Shown piece after piece: positions 10,190-19,960 of a DNA stretch of 32,000 bases. The translations under genes and the position numbers were made by a program. A model generated the notes under the pieces. The model was given only the letters and a program-made list of their open reading frames with translations. It was not told the DNA's origin and ran no database searches. How positions within the stretch are numbered: position 1 is the stretch's first letter; each line of letters starts with the position of its first letter. The stretch is from Propionibacterium ruminifibrarum (lineage in GTDB: Bacteria > Actinomycetota > Actinomycetes > Propionibacteriales > Propionibacteriaceae): positions 60,001 to 92,000 of the forward strand of contig NZ_OMOH01000001.1 of assembly GCF_900289195.1 (NCBI RefSeq), in the 5' to 3' direction.

Positions 10190-10791
10190 TCGCACAGGTG
10201 CATGGGACCGTCGCAGCCATCGGCGCCACGTGGGTCGTCGTCGACGTGAACGGGCTCGGGCTGCGCGTCGCCACGACCCCCGCCACCGTTTCCGCACTGC
10301 GCATCGGCGGCGACGCCCTGCTGCACACCGTCATGATCGTCCGCGAGGACGAGATGAGCCTGTACGGGTTCGCCGACCGTGACGAGCGTGAGTGCTTCGC
10401 CCTGTGCCTGTCGGCCTCCGGCGTCGGGCCGAAACTGGCGCTGGCCATCGTCAGTGTGCTGAGCCCGGCCCAGCTGGCCGCCGCGGTGCGGGCCGAGGAC
10501 ATCGGCCAGCTCACGCAGGTGCCGGGTATCGGCCCGAAGGGCGCCCGCAAGATCGTCCTCGAGCTCAAGGACAAGGTGGCGGCGCTCGGTGTCCAGGACG
10601 TCCCGGCGCCCCAGACCCCGGAGGCGGAGCCGTGGCGCGAGCAGGTTCGCGAGGGCCTGGAGTCGCTCGGCTGGTCCAGCCGGGACGCCGAGGCCGCCAT
10701 CGAATCGGTTGCCGAGCTCGCCGGATCCGAGCCGGCGCCGTCGGTCTCGGTCCTCATGAAGGCCGCCCTCGCGTCGTTGGCCCGCGCATGA
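10186..10791 (+). CDS. ruvA: Holliday junction branch migration complex subunit RuvA
   Basis: The GTG at 10186 overlaps the ruvC stop (GTGA) and is preceded by GGAGGAGG. VIAQVHGTV...VVVDVNGLGLRV, REDEMSLYGF, F..L.SASGVGPKLALA and VPGIGPKGARKIVLELKDK (HhH motifs) are present. Confidence 0.93.
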   Translation: MIAQVHGTVAAIGATWVVVDVNGLGLRVATTPATVSALRIGGDALLHTVMIVREDEMSLYGFADRDERECFALCLSASGVGPKLALAIVSVLSPAQLAAAVRAEDIGQLTQVPGIGPKGARKIVLELKDKVAALGVQDVPAPQTPEAEPWREQVREGLESLGWSSRDAEAAIESVAELAGSEPAPSVSVLMKAALASLARA

Positions 10792-10894
10792 GCGCGGTTC
10801 CGACGAGTTCGCGCATGAGCGGCACGTGCGGTCGTGCGCCGCGAGGCGGGCGCCGATCGGCGGTGTCGGCGTTCCCGCTCGCCGTTCCTGGCTC

Positions 10895-10900
10895 TAGGCT
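10895..10900 (+). promoter_or_regulatory. putative -10 element TAGGCT, 9 nt upstream of the ruvB ATG
   Basis: The hexamer sits in cTAGGCTGgactgatcATG at the end of the 118-nt ruvA-ruvB spacer, and no GGAGG-type SD is present. The same heptamer TAGGCTG recurs before hisD and the MBL gene. AGG acting as a weak SD is the alternative reading. Confidence 0.3.
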
Positions 10901-10909
10901 GGACTGATC

Positions 10910-11932
10910 ATGGAGTACTCACCGGTCAGTCCTCAGGCCGAGCCCGCCGAGCGGGCCGCCGAGGCGGCGCTGCGTCCCTCCACCCTGTCGGAGTTCGAGG
11001 GCCAGCCGCGCGTCCGCGAGCAGCTCGGTCTCGTCCTGGCCGCAGCCAGGCACCGCGGTGCCGTCCCCGACCACGTCCTGCTCTCGGGGCCCCCCGGCCT
11101 GGGCAAGACGACGCTGGCGATGATCATTGCCGCCGAGATGGGTGTGCCGCTCCACATCACCTCCGGTCCGGCGATCCAGCACGCCGGCGATCTGGCGGCG
11201 ATCCTGTCCGGGCTGGTCACCGGCGAGGTGCTCTTCCTGGACGAGATCCACCGGATGTCGCGTCCGGCCGAGGAGATGCTGTATCTCGCCATGGAGGACT
11301 TCCGGGTCGACGTCGTTGTCGGCAAGGGCCCGGGCGCAACGGCCATCCCGATCGACATCCCGCCGTTTACGCTCGTCGGCGCGACGACGCGCGCCGGCCT
11401 GCTCCCGGGCCCGCTGCGCGACCGTTTCGGGTTCACCGCGCAGCTCGACTTCTACGAGACCGAGGACCTGGCGCAGATCGCGCAGCGCTCGGCGGACAAG
11501 CTCGGGTTCAGCCTCGACGACGAGTCCGCCCAGGTGATCGCCTCGCGCTCCCGCGGCACGCCGCGCATCGCCAACCGTCTGCTGCGTCGCGTGCGCGACT
11601 ACGCCCAGGTCAACAACGGGGGCGAGGTGACCGCGACACTGGCCCGGGCCGCGCTGGAGCTCTACGAGGTGGACGAGCTGGGTCTCGACAGGCTCGACAG
11701 GGGAGTGCTCGAGTCGATCTGCCTCAAGTTCGGTGGTGGCCCGGTCGGGCTGTCGACGCTGGCGATCAGTGTCGGCGAGGAGACCGAGACCGTCGAGGAG
11801 GTCGCTGAACCGTTCCTCGTGCGCAAGGGCTTCATCATGCGCACCCCCCGCGGGCGGGTCGCAACCGCCGCCGGCTGGGCCCATCTGGGGCTGACCCCGC
11901 CCCAGGGGGCGGGGGACGACCTGTTCTCCTGA
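10910..11932 (+). CDS. ruvB: Holliday junction branch migration DNA helicase RuvB
   Basis: 340 aa. LRP..L.EF.GQ..V...L, Walker [12 protein letters not shown], Walker [27 protein letters not shown] and [15 protein letters not shown] are present. Confidence 0.97.
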   Translation: MEYSPVSPQAEPAERAAEAALRPSTLSEFEGQPRVREQLGLVLAAARHRGAVPDHVLLSGPPGLGKTTLAMIIAAEMGVPLHITSGPAIQHAGDLAAILSGLVTGEVLFLDEIHRMSRPAEEMLYLAMEDFRVDVVVGKGPGATAIPIDIPPFTLVGATTRAGLLPGPLRDRFGFTAQLDFYETEDLAQIAQRSADKLGFSLDDESAQVIASRSRGTPRIANRLLRRVRDYAQVNNGGEVTATLARAALELYEVDELGLDRLDRGVLESICLKFGGGPVGLSTLAISVGEETETVEEVAEPFLVRKGFIMRTPRGRVATAAGWAHLGLTPPQGAGDDLFS

Positions 11933-12061
11933 GAGCGCTCCTGGGCACATTCGTCCGGAATCGGCTCGCAGGCCGTGCCACGGTCCTGTGATGCTGGACC
12001 GAGCCGGTAAACTCGCCACGGCGTGCCATGCCGGGCACGGCTCGACTAAGTGAGGATTGCA

Positions 12062-12574
12062 ATGAGTAGCTCCTATCTCATCATCATGATCGTGGTGATG
12101 TTCGCCCTCATGTACTTCATGGTGATGCGTCCCCAGCGCAAGCAGATGGAGAAGCAGCGAGAAATGCTCAACCAGATGGGCGAGGGCACCCGCGTCATGC
12201 TCACCAGCGGCCTGTTCGGCACCGTCCGCGCCACCGGGGACAACCAGGCGGTCATCGAGCTGGCACCCGGCGTCGACATCACCGTCCTCAAGCAGGCGAT
12301 CAGCAGGGTCGTCAAGCCCGAGGACGAGGAGTTCGAGTTCGCCGATGACATCGCCGAGGACCAGGAGCCCTCCGCCGACGAGGCGCCCAGCGATCCCAGC
12401 GCCGAACCCGCCAGTGGCGAGGGGCAGCCGGCGCAGGCCGGCGAGGCCGATGACGTCGAGCCCATCGGCACCGAGCAGGACCGGTCCGGTGATGCCCAGG
12501 ACGCCGTCGACGACGGCACGACGACGGAGGCCGCCGACGGCGCCGCCGTGGCCGGTGACGACGACAAGAACTGA
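12062..12574 (+). CDS. yajC: preprotein translocase subunit YajC with long acidic C-terminal extension
   Basis: ATG 12062 lies 6 nt after GAGG (12052-12055). It has an N-terminal TM helix, then MRPQRKQ.EKQ, then GEGTRVMLTSGLFGTV...VIELAPGV. The GTG at 12050 is too close to the SD. Confidence 0.88.
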   Translation: MSSSYLIIMIVVMFALMYFMVMRPQRKQMEKQREMLNQMGEGTRVMLTSGLFGTVRATGDNQAVIELAPGVDITVLKQAISRVVKPEDEEFEFADDIAEDQEPSADEAPSDPSAEPASGEGQPAQAGEADDVEPIGTEQDRSGDAQDAVDDGTTTEAADGAAVAGDDDKN

Positions 12575-12603
12575 CCTGACACGAACCCTGGAGAGCCTGA
12601 TCA

Positions 12604-14364
12604 ATGGCCGCTCGAAACACCACACACTTCTCCCCCTGGAAGCGGCTGGGGGCCTTCGGCCTGGTCGTCGTCCTGCTCTACGTGATGATGGCGCTGACCG
12701 ATTCATGGACCCCACGGCTGGGCCTGGACCTGCGCGGCGGCACCACCATCACCCTGACGGCCAGGAATGACGCCGACGGCTCCACCCCGAGCCAGGAGAA
12801 CATGGAGACCGCCCGCACGATCATCCAGAACCGGGTCGACTCGCTCGGCGTCGGCGAGAGCTCGGTCACTCTCCAGGGCGACCGCCAGATCGAGGTCTCC
12901 GTGCCGAACGTGAGTGGCGACGAGCTCGTCGACCTCGTCGGTACGACGGCCAGGCTGGCGTTCCGCAACGTCTACTACATGGACTACAGCGCCGTCGCGC
13001 AGCAACCCGCGTCGGATGGGCAGAGCGGCACGGAGGGCGAGTCCGACGGTGCCCAGGACACCGGTTCGGCCGATGAGTCGGCGCCGTCGGACCAGGGGAG
13101 CGGCGAGCCCAGCAGCGCGCAGAGCCCGGCCGGACGCGTCCTGCCCGAACTGCCGACCTCCCCCTCACCGGCCCCGACCGAGCGACCCACCGCCGCCGGT
13201 TCCGGTCCGGCCGACTTCGAGGGCCGGCTGAACTGGACGCCCAGCCAGCAGGACTACACGGACTTCGCGTCGTGGGACTGCGACCAGGCCACGCCGGACG
13301 TCGAGGACCAGCCCCTCTTCGCCTGCAGCGAGGACGGCCAGTACAAGTACCTGCTGGGCCCGGTGCTCATCTCCGGCGAGAACGTCACCGACGCCACCGC
13401 CGGCGTCCCCCAGAACGAGGTCTCCTGGGTGGTCAACCTGGACTTCGACGAGACCGGGGCAGACGAGTTCGGCCAGGCCACCACGTACCTGGCCACCCAG
13501 CAGAGTCCGCTCAACGAGTTCGCCATCGTCCTCGACGGCGAGGTCATCTCTGCCCCGCAGGTCTCCGAGGCCATCGTCTCCGGCTCCGCGCAGATCAGCG
13601 GCGGCAACATCAACCAGGAGACCGCCACGACGCTGGCCAACCAGCTCAAGTACGGCGCCCTGCCGATCGCCTTCGACGTCTCCAGCGTCAACACCGTCTC
13701 GCCGACCCTCGGCGGCGACCAGTTGACCGCGGGCCTCATCGCCGGAGCCGTCGGCCTGGGACTCGTCCTGCTCTACAGCTTCGTGTACTACCGCGGCCTC
13801 GGCATCGTGGTGGCCGGTTCGCTCATCGCGGCCGCCGTCGTCACCTGGGCCACGCTGGTGCTGCTCGGCACGGCCGTCGGTTTCGCCATGAACCTCCCGG
13901 GCATCGCGGGCGCGATCGTGGCCATCGGCGTGACGGCGGACTCGTTCATCGTCTACTTCGAACGCATCCGGGACGAGATCCGCGACGGGTACTCCCTGCG
14001 GCACTCGATCCAGAGCGGCTGGACGAAGGCCCGCGGCACCATCGCCATGGCCGACGCCGTCCAGCTGCTGAGCGCCGTCGTGCTGTTCATCCTGGCGATG
14101 GGCACGGTCAAGGGTTTCGCCTTCACGCTCGGCGTGACGACCGGCATCGACCTGTTCATCGTCTTCTTCTTCACTCATCCGCTCGTCACGCTGCTGGGCC
14201 GCACCGCCTTCTTCGGCCAGGGCAAGCGCTTCAGCGGTTTCGAGCCGGAACACCTGGGGGTCAGCCGCGCCTCACTCACCGGCCTGCGCCGTGCCCGCGG
14301 TGGCGCCCCGGCGGCCACGGGGGATGACGGGGACCGGTCCGCCGACGATTCGAAGGAGTCGTGA
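12604..14364 (+). CDS. secD: protein translocase subunit SecD
   Basis: 586 aa. LGLDLRGG, RVD.LGV.E..V...G...I.V..P, L.F, and the 6-TM C-terminal domain with YYRGLG..A, VTADSFI.YFERIRDE and GF.FTLG..T are present. Confidence 0.96.
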   Translation: MAARNTTHFSPWKRLGAFGLVVVLLYVMMALTDSWTPRLGLDLRGGTTITLTARNDADGSTPSQENMETARTIIQNRVDSLGVGESSVTLQGDRQIEVSVPNVSGDELVDLVGTTARLAFRNVYYMDYSAVAQQPASDGQSGTEGESDGAQDTGSADESAPSDQGSGEPSSAQSPAGRVLPELPTSPSPAPTERPTAAGSGPADFEGRLNWTPSQQDYTDFASWDCDQATPDVEDQPLFACSEDGQYKYLLGPVLISGENVTDATAGVPQNEVSWVVNLDFDETGADEFGQATTYLATQQSPLNEFAIVLDGEVISAPQVSEAIVSGSAQISGGNINQETATTLANQLKYGALPIAFDVSSVNTVSPTLGGDQLTAGLIAGAVGLGLVLLYSFVYYRGLGIVVAGSLIAAAVVTWATLVLLGTAVGFAMNLPGIAGAIVAIGVTADSFIVYFERIRDEIRDGYSLRHSIQSGWTKARGTIAMADAVQLLSAVVLFILAMGTVKGFAFTLGVTTGIDLFIVFFFTHPLVTLLGRTAFFGQGKRFSGFEPEHLGVSRASLTGLRRARGGAPAATGDDGDRSADDSKES

Positions 14365-15578
14365 TGAGTACCACCGCTGCAACCCCCGGGCCGCAGGCGT
14401 CCGAGCAGGAGAAGGCCTCCGGCAGTGGCTTCTTCCACAAGCTCTACACCAGCCAGTTCGCCATCGACTTCGTCGGCCGGCGCAGGCTCTGGTACGCCAT
14501 CTCGATCGCGCTGATCCTCATCTCGCTGCTGGCCGTCGCCGTCCGGGGGCTCAACCTCGGTATCGAGTTCACCGGTGGCTCGGTCTTCACCGTCCCGGTC
14601 TCCCAGGTCGGCGACGACACGGTCAGCCAGGTCCGCAGCACCGTCATCGACTCGGGTGTTCCCGACGTCTCAGGCGCCCAGGTGACCACCGTCGGCGACA
14701 ACTCCATCCGCGTCCAGACCCGCAGCCTGTCGACCGAGGAGGTCGTCCAGCTGCGACAGGCGCTGGCCGGCCAGGAGGAGGGTGTCACCTCCGATGACGT
14801 CACCTACCAGCTGATCGGCCCGTCATGGGGCTCCCAGATCACGGTGAAGGCCATTCAGGCACTGGTGGTCTTCCTCGTCCTGGTCGGCGTGATGATCTGG
14901 ATCTTCTTCAGGAACTGGCGGATGTCGGTGTCGGCCCTGCTCGCCCTGGCCCACGACCTGATCGTCACCGTCGGCCTCTACGCCCTCATCGGGTTCACCT
15001 TCACGCCCGCGACCCTCATCGGGCTGCTCACGATCCTCGGCTACTCGCTCTACGACACGGTGGTGGTCTTCGACAAGGTGCGCGAGAAGACGGTGAACAT
15101 CACCAAGCAGAACCGCACCTTCTCCGATGCCGCGAACACCGCGATCAACGACGTGCTCGTCCGGTCGATCAACACGACACTGCTCGGCGTCCTGCCCGTG
15201 CTGGCCCTGCTGATCGCCGGCGTGGTGTTCATGGGCGGCGACGGTCCACTGGCCGACCTCGGCCTGGCGCTGCTTCTCGGCATGGTGGCCGGGGCCTACT
15301 CCTCGCTGTTCATCGCCACGCCGCTGTTCAGCCAGCTGCGTGAACGCCAACCCGACATGGTCAAGCACCGCGCCAACCTGGCCAAGCGCGCGCGACGGGC
15401 CAAGGCCAGGGTCCAGATCGCCACGACCGAGGTCGACGAGACGGCCGACCCGGCCACCGTGATCACCGGCCCGGTCCCGGTGACTTCCGAGGAGGGGCCC
15501 GACAGGCCACTCGGCTCGAAGAACTCCGCCGGACGCGCCCAGCCGGCCCGTACCACCCGTGCCCAGCGAAAGAAGTGA
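14364..15578 (+). CDS. secF: protein translocase subunit SecF
   Basis: ATG 14364 lies 5 nt after GAAGGAG and shares its A with the secD TGA; the GTG at 14361 is too close to the SD. LGIEFTGGS, GPSWG, YDT.VVFDK.RE, INDVL.RSINT and a basic C-terminal tail are present. Confidence 0.94.
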   Translation: MSTTAATPGPQASEQEKASGSGFFHKLYTSQFAIDFVGRRRLWYAISIALILISLLAVAVRGLNLGIEFTGGSVFTVPVSQVGDDTVSQVRSTVIDSGVPDVSGAQVTTVGDNSIRVQTRSLSTEEVVQLRQALAGQEEGVTSDDVTYQLIGPSWGSQITVKAIQALVVFLVLVGVMIWIFFRNWRMSVSALLALAHDLIVTVGLYALIGFTFTPATLIGLLTILGYSLYDTVVVFDKVREKTVNITKQNRTFSDAANTAINDVLVRSINTTLLGVLPVLALLIAGVVFMGGDGPLADLGLALLLGMVAGAYSSLFIATPLFSQLRERQPDMVKHRANLAKRARRAKARVQIATTEVDETADPATVITGPVPVTSEEGPDRPLGSKNSAGRAQPARTTRAQRKK

Positions 15579-15581
15579 CCG

Positions 15582-16124
15582 ATGGCAGCGAATCAGGCCC
15601 GGCTCGAACGCATCGAGTCTCTCATCCGTACCGTCCCTGACTTCCCCAAACCAGGCGTCATCTTCCGAGACATCACCCCTCTCATGGGCGATCCGGCCGG
15701 CCTCGGCGCGACGATCGACGAGCTCATCAACCAGATCCCCGGCACGATCGACGTCGTGGCGGGCGTCGACTCGCGCGGCTTCCTGTTCGGTTCGCCGATC
15801 GCTGTCGCCCTGGGGATCGGTTTCGTGCCGATCCGCAAGCCCGGCAAGCTGCCGGCGGCCGTCTACGAGGAGAGCTTCGAGCTCGAGTACGGCTCCAGCA
15901 CGTTGAGCATCCACCAGGACGCCCTCGAGCCGGGCCAGCGCGTCCTGCTCATCGACGACCTCCTGGCCACCGGCGGCACCCTCGGGGCGGCGGCCCGGCT
16001 CGTGCTGCGCGAGGGGGCGGTCCTGACCCACACCGAGACGGTCCTGGAGCTCAGTGGTCTGGGAGGACGCGAACACCTGGCGCGGCAGGGCGTCGAGTCG
16101 TTCTCCTCGCTGCTGACCTTCTAA
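15582..16124 (+). CDS. apt: adenine phosphoribosyltransferase
   Basis: It starts 3 nt after the secF stop. VPDFPKPGV.FRDITPL, G.DSRGF.FG and the PRPP motif VLLIDDLLATGGT are present. Confidence 0.95.
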   Translation: MAANQARLERIESLIRTVPDFPKPGVIFRDITPLMGDPAGLGATIDELINQIPGTIDVVAGVDSRGFLFGSPIAVALGIGFVPIRKPGKLPAAVYEESFELEYGSSTLSIHQDALEPGQRVLLIDDLLATGGTLGAAARLVLREGAVLTHTETVLELSGLGGREHLARQGVESFSSLLTF

Positions 16125-16212
16125 GCCTCCTTCCCGTGCGACGCGCCCCGGGACGGCCCGACACGATGGCCCCGGCGGGCGATACCTCGCCCCCACTGTT
16201 GCGTGGGTGCGC

Positions 16213-16239
16213 TTGAACCGTGCGCGCCCGCACTAAGAT
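16213..16239 (+). promoter_or_regulatory. putative relA promoter (TTGAAC - 15 nt - TAAGAT)
   Basis: These are the only sigma-70-like -35/-10 pair in the 148-nt apt-relA spacer. The spacer length is suboptimal. An SD (GAAGGGG) follows, 9 nt before the ATG at 16273. Confidence 0.3.
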
Positions 16240-16272
16240 TGGCGCACCAGGACAGCGAAGGGGCTTACCGCG

Positions 16273-18630
16273 ATGACGGATGATGGAGTCTACGGGCCCT
16301 ACGGCACGGGCAAGGGCGGGGCGCCCGCCTCTCCCACCTCGGCGGCTGCCCTGGCGCGCGTCAACTCGGGGCCGGAGCAGCCCAGGCGGCGGATGCGCCA
16401 GCGCATCGCACGTCTCGGCTCGAACACCAAGAACCCGCAGCTGGCCGTGCTCGATCCGCTGTTCTCGGTCGTCCGGGCGAACCATCCGCGGGCCGACCTG
16501 GCCATCCTCGAGAAGGCCTACCGCACCGCCGAGCACTACCACCGAGGCCAGACGCGCAAGAGCGGCGACCCGTACATCACGCATCCGCTGGCCGTCGCCA
16601 CGATCCTCGCCGAGCTGGGCATGACCGAGCCCACCCTCTGCGCGGCCCTGCTGCACGACACCGTCGAGGACACCAGCTACACGCTGGACCAGCTCACCGC
16701 CGACTTCGGCGAGACGATCGCCGCGCTGGTCGACGGTGTCACCAAGCTCGACAAGGTCCAGTACGGCGCCTCGGCCAAGGCCGAGACCATCCGGAAGATG
16801 GTCATCGCGATGAGCCGCGACATCCGCGTCCTCGTCATCAAGCTGGCGGATCGGCTGCACAACATGCGCACCCTGGGTTTCCTCCGCCCCGACAAGCAGA
16901 ACCGCATCGCTCGCGAGACGCTCGAGATCTATGCGCCGCTGGCCCACCGGCTGGGCATGAACGCCATCAAGTGGGAGCTCGAGGACCTGTGCTTCTCGAT
17001 CCTGCAGCCCAAGGTGTACGACGAGATCGTCCGTCTCGTCGCCCAGGCGGCTCCCCGACGCGAGCAACAGCTGCGCGAGGTCATCGACCTGGTCAAGGGC
17101 TATCTCACCGAATCCGGGCTGGAGGCCGTCGTCTACGGCCGGCCGAAGCACTACTACTCGATCTACCAGAAGATGGTCGTGCGGGGGCGGGACTTCAACG
17201 ACATCTACGACCTCGTCGGCCTGCGCATTCTCGTCGACACGGTACGCGACTGCTATGCGGCGCTCGGTGTGATCCACACCCACTGGAACCCGCTGCCCGG
17301 CAGGTTCAAGGACTACATCGCCATGCCGAAGTTCAACATGTACCAGTCACTGCACACGACGGTCATGGGTCCGGGAATGCACCCGGTCGAGTTCCAGATC
17401 CGCACCCACGACATGCACCGCCGGGCCGAGTACGGCGTCGCCGCCCACTGGAAGTACAAGGAGGACCCGAACAAGCGCAACGGCGACGTCGACCCCGAGG
17501 GCACGGATCTGGCCTGGGTGCACCAGCTGAACCAGTGGACGAGGGAGGAGAAGGACCCGGAGGAGTTCCTCGACACCCTCCGCTTCGAACTGGCCACGAC
17601 CGAGGTCTACGTCTTCACGCCGAAGGGCGACGTGCTGGCCCTGCCGCAGGGCTCCACACCCGTCGACCTGGCCTACTCGATCCACACCGAGGTGGGTCAC
17701 CACTGCATCGGCGCCCGCGTCAACGGCAAGCTGGCCCCGTTGGAATCGAAACTGTCCAACGGCGACCTGGTGGAGATCCTCACGTCGAAGGCCGAGAACG
17801 CCGGTCCGAGCCGGGACTGGCTGAACTTCGTCGTCAGCCCCCGGGCCAAGAGCAAGATCCGGGCCTACTTCACCCGCGAACGGCGCGAGGAGGCCATCGA
17901 CCAGGGCAAGGACGCGCTCGCCAAGCAGCTGCGCCGCGCCGGAGTGCCGATGCAGCGGCTGCTCACCATCGAGCACCTCACCGAGGTCGCGGACAGCTTC
18001 CGGCTGCCCGACGTCGACTCGCTGTACGCGGCGATCGGCGAGGGCAACGTGGGGGCTCCCGGGGTCGTCGCCCGTCTCATCGCGGCCGAGGGCGGTCTCG
18101 AGGAGACCGTGCAGGAGAGCCTCGAGGAGGCGGCGATCATCCCCAACGCCGACGGGCGGCGGCGCCGCCGAGTCGGCAAGGGCACGACCGGGGTCGTCGT
18201 CGAGGGGGACCCCGACATGTGGGTCAAGCTCGCCAAGTGCTGCACGCCGCTGCCCGGCGACGAGATCCTCGGCTTCATCACCCGGGAGAACGGCGTGTCG
18301 GTGCACCGTCGTGACTGCACGAACGCCGCGAACCTGTTGACTCACCCCGAACGCATCGTCGAGGTCAGCTGGGCCCCGGACGTCTCGAGCGGCTATCTGG
18401 TCAGTGTCCAGGTCGAGGCGCTCGACCGTCCCGGCACCCTGGCCGACATCACCAGGGCCATGGCCGACCAGCAGGTCAACATCACCTCGGCGACGGTCAA
18501 CGTCACCAAGGACCACTTGGCCAGGATCAAGCTCACCTTCGAGTCGAGCGACCCGGTGCACCTGCACCACGTCATGTCGACGATCCGCAAGGTATCGGGG
18601 GTCTACGACGCCTACCGCCTCAAGCAGTGA
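16273..18630 (+). CDS. relA: bifunctional (p)ppGpp synthetase/hydrolase (RelA/SpoT homologue, Rel)
   Basis: 785 aa. It has the HD domain ([26 protein letters not shown]), the synthetase domain ([45 protein letters not shown]), a TGS domain and a C-terminal ACT domain. Confidence 0.97.
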   Translation: MTDDGVYGPYGTGKGGAPASPTSAAALARVNSGPEQPRRRMRQRIARLGSNTKNPQLAVLDPLFSVVRANHPRADLAILEKAYRTAEHYHRGQTRKSGDPYITHPLAVATILAELGMTEPTLCAALLHDTVEDTSYTLDQLTADFGETIAALVDGVTKLDKVQYGASAKAETIRKMVIAMSRDIRVLVIKLADRLHNMRTLGFLRPDKQNRIARETLEIYAPLAHRLGMNAIKWELEDLCFSILQPKVYDEIVRLVAQAAPRREQQLREVIDLVKGYLTESGLEAVVYGRPKHYYSIYQKMVVRGRDFNDIYDLVGLRILVDTVRDCYAALGVIHTHWNPLPGRFKDYIAMPKFNMYQSLHTTVMGPGMHPVEFQIRTHDMHRRAEYGVAAHWKYKEDPNKRNGDVDPEGTDLAWVHQLNQWTREEKDPEEFLDTLRFELATTEVYVFTPKGDVLALPQGSTPVDLAYSIHTEVGHHCIGARVNGKLAPLESKLSNGDLVEILTSKAENAGPSRDWLNFVVSPRAKSKIRAYFTRERREEAIDQGKDALAKQLRRAGVPMQRLLTIEHLTEVADSFRLPDVDSLYAAIGEGNVGAPGVVARLIAAEGGLEETVQESLEEAAIIPNADGRRRRRVGKGTTGVVVEGDPDMWVKLAKCCTPLPGDEILGFITRENGVSVHRRDCTNAANLLTHPERIVEVSWAPDVSSGYLVSVQVEALDRPGTLADITRAMADQQVNITSATVNVTKDHLARIKLTFESSDPVHLHHVMSTIRKVSGVYDAYRLKQ

Positions 18631-18684
18631 CGCACGCGGGCACGGACGGCACCGCCGCCCGAGGCGGAACAGGCCGCCGCGCGG

Positions 18685-19929
18685 TCAGGCGCTGAACTCG
18701 TCGAGCGTCTTCTGCGCCTGGTCGAGCCAGCCCTGGTAGGTGGTGATCGACTCGCGCAGCTGCTCGGCCTTCCGCTCCTCGCCCCTGGCCTGGGCTGACT
18801 CGGCCTGGGCGGTCAGCTTCTCGATCTGTGAGCCGAGCATCGCCACCGTGCCGGCGGCACGCTCCCTGGCCTGCGGGTCGGTGCGCTTCCACTCCTTGTC
18901 GGCTGCCTGCTTGACGGCCTGCTCAAGGGCGCGGACCCGGTTGTCGACGGTGCGGATCGCCTCGCGCGGCACCTTGCCGTAGGCGTTGAACCGTTCGAGG
19001 AAGTCACGGAGCTGGCCGCGGGCCCGCTCGACATCGGTGACCGGCAGGATCGTCCGCTCCGCCTCGTCGAGCAGTTCCTGCTTCGCGGCCAGGTTCTGGG
19101 CGAACTCGGCGTCCTGCTCGCGGAAGACCGCGTTGCGGGCGTCGAAGAAGACGTCCTGCAGTCCCCTGAACCGCTTCCACAACTCGTCGTCGACATCGCG
19201 CGGGGCCGGCCCCGCGGCCTTCCACTGGGCCATCAGGTCGCGGAAGGCGCGAGCCGTGGGACCCCACTCGGTGCTCGTCGAGAGCCTCTCGGCCTCGACG
19301 ATGATCTTCTCCTTGGTGCGGCGCGCCGCCTCGCGCTGTTCGGCCTGCTGCGCGAACTGTGCCTTGCGGCGGCGCGTGTACGTGGTGCGGGCAGAGCTGA
19401 AACGGTGCCACAGCTCGTCGTCGGTCGCCCGGTCGATGCGGGGCAGGGTCTTCCACTGCTCCAGCAGGGCGCGGAAGCGGTTGACGCCGCCGCGCCAGTC
19501 ATTCCCCGCGGCCAGGGCCTCGGCCTCGGCCACCATCTGCTCCTTCGCCGCCTTCGTCTCCTCGTGCTGGCGGGCACGGGCCTCACGGCGTTCGGCGGCC
19601 TTCGTCTCGAGAACAGGGGTCACCTCGTCGAGGCTGGCGGCGAGGGCGTCGAGATCACCCACCGCGTTCGCCTCGAGGATGCTCGTGCGCAAGGCCCCTA
19701 CCTGCTTGCGTGCCTCTTCGGGACTCACCGACCCGGAGGCGACGCGCTGCTTGAGCAGGTTCACCTCAGTCTCCAGTGACTCGTAACGGCGGACGAAGAA
19801 CGCCATGGCCTCGTCGGGGCCGACATCGGGGACTTGACCGACGCGGCGCTCACCGGCTGAGGTGACCACGTAGACGGTCCCATCGGCATCGACGCGGCCG
19901 TGATCGGTCGGACTCGGTGTTTCGCTCAT
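18685..19929 (-). CDS. DUF349 domain-containing protein (helical repeat protein)
   Basis: It carries repeated about 70-aa units with W...F..L...WK..G...R..DDELW.RF (three clear copies). I chose the ATG at 19929 (MSETPSPTDHGRVDADGTVYV, a typical family N-terminus) over the track ATG at 19968. Confidence 0.8.
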   Translation of the reverse strand: MSETPSPTDHGRVDADGTVYVVTSAGERRVGQVPDVGPDEAMAFFVRRYESLETEVNLLKQRVASGSVSPEEARKQVGALRTSILEANAVGDLDALAASLDEVTPVLETKAAERREARARQHEETKAAKEQMVAEAEALAAGNDWRGGVNRFRALLEQWKTLPRIDRATDDELWHRFSSARTTYTRRRKAQFAQQAEQREAARRTKEKIIVEAERLSTSTEWGPTARAFRDLMAQWKAAGPAPRDVDDELWKRFRGLQDVFFDARNAVFREQDAEFAQNLAAKQELLDEAERTILPVTDVERARGQLRDFLERFNAYGKVPREAIRTVDNRVRALEQAVKQAADKEWKRTDPQARERAAGTVAMLGSQIEKLTAQAESAQARGEERKAEQLRESITTYQGWLDQAQKTLDEFSA

Positions 19930-19947
19930 GCTTCTTATCTTGCCCGA

Positions 19948-19953
19948 TAGGCT
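19948..19953 (+). promoter_or_regulatory. putative -10 element TAGGCT, 7 nt upstream of the MBL-hydrolase GTG (leaderless-type)
   Basis: gaTAGGCTGgcgtttGTG has no SD and lies in the 31-nt divergent spacer. Confidence 0.35.
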
Positions 19954-19960
19954 GGCGTTT

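Noticed and set aside
10851-10862. A perfect 12-bp palindrome, CGCCGATCGGCG, in the ruvA-ruvB spacer.
   Set aside because: Roughly tens of 12-bp perfect palindromes are expected by chance in 32 kb at this base composition. It has no second copy and no known motif.
16206-16248. A 7-bp inverted repeat, GGTGCGC...GCGCACC, bracketing the putative relA promoter.
   Set aside because: A back-of-envelope estimate for this GC content gives about one such 7-bp inverted repeat by chance in a 150-nt spacer when all spacings are allowed. That is not enough to call an operator.
18631-18684. A bidirectional terminator expected between convergent relA and the DUF349 gene.
   Set aside because: Only alternative 5-bp CCGCC/GGCGG pairings are present. 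There is no stable stem and no T/A tract, so I do not call a terminator.
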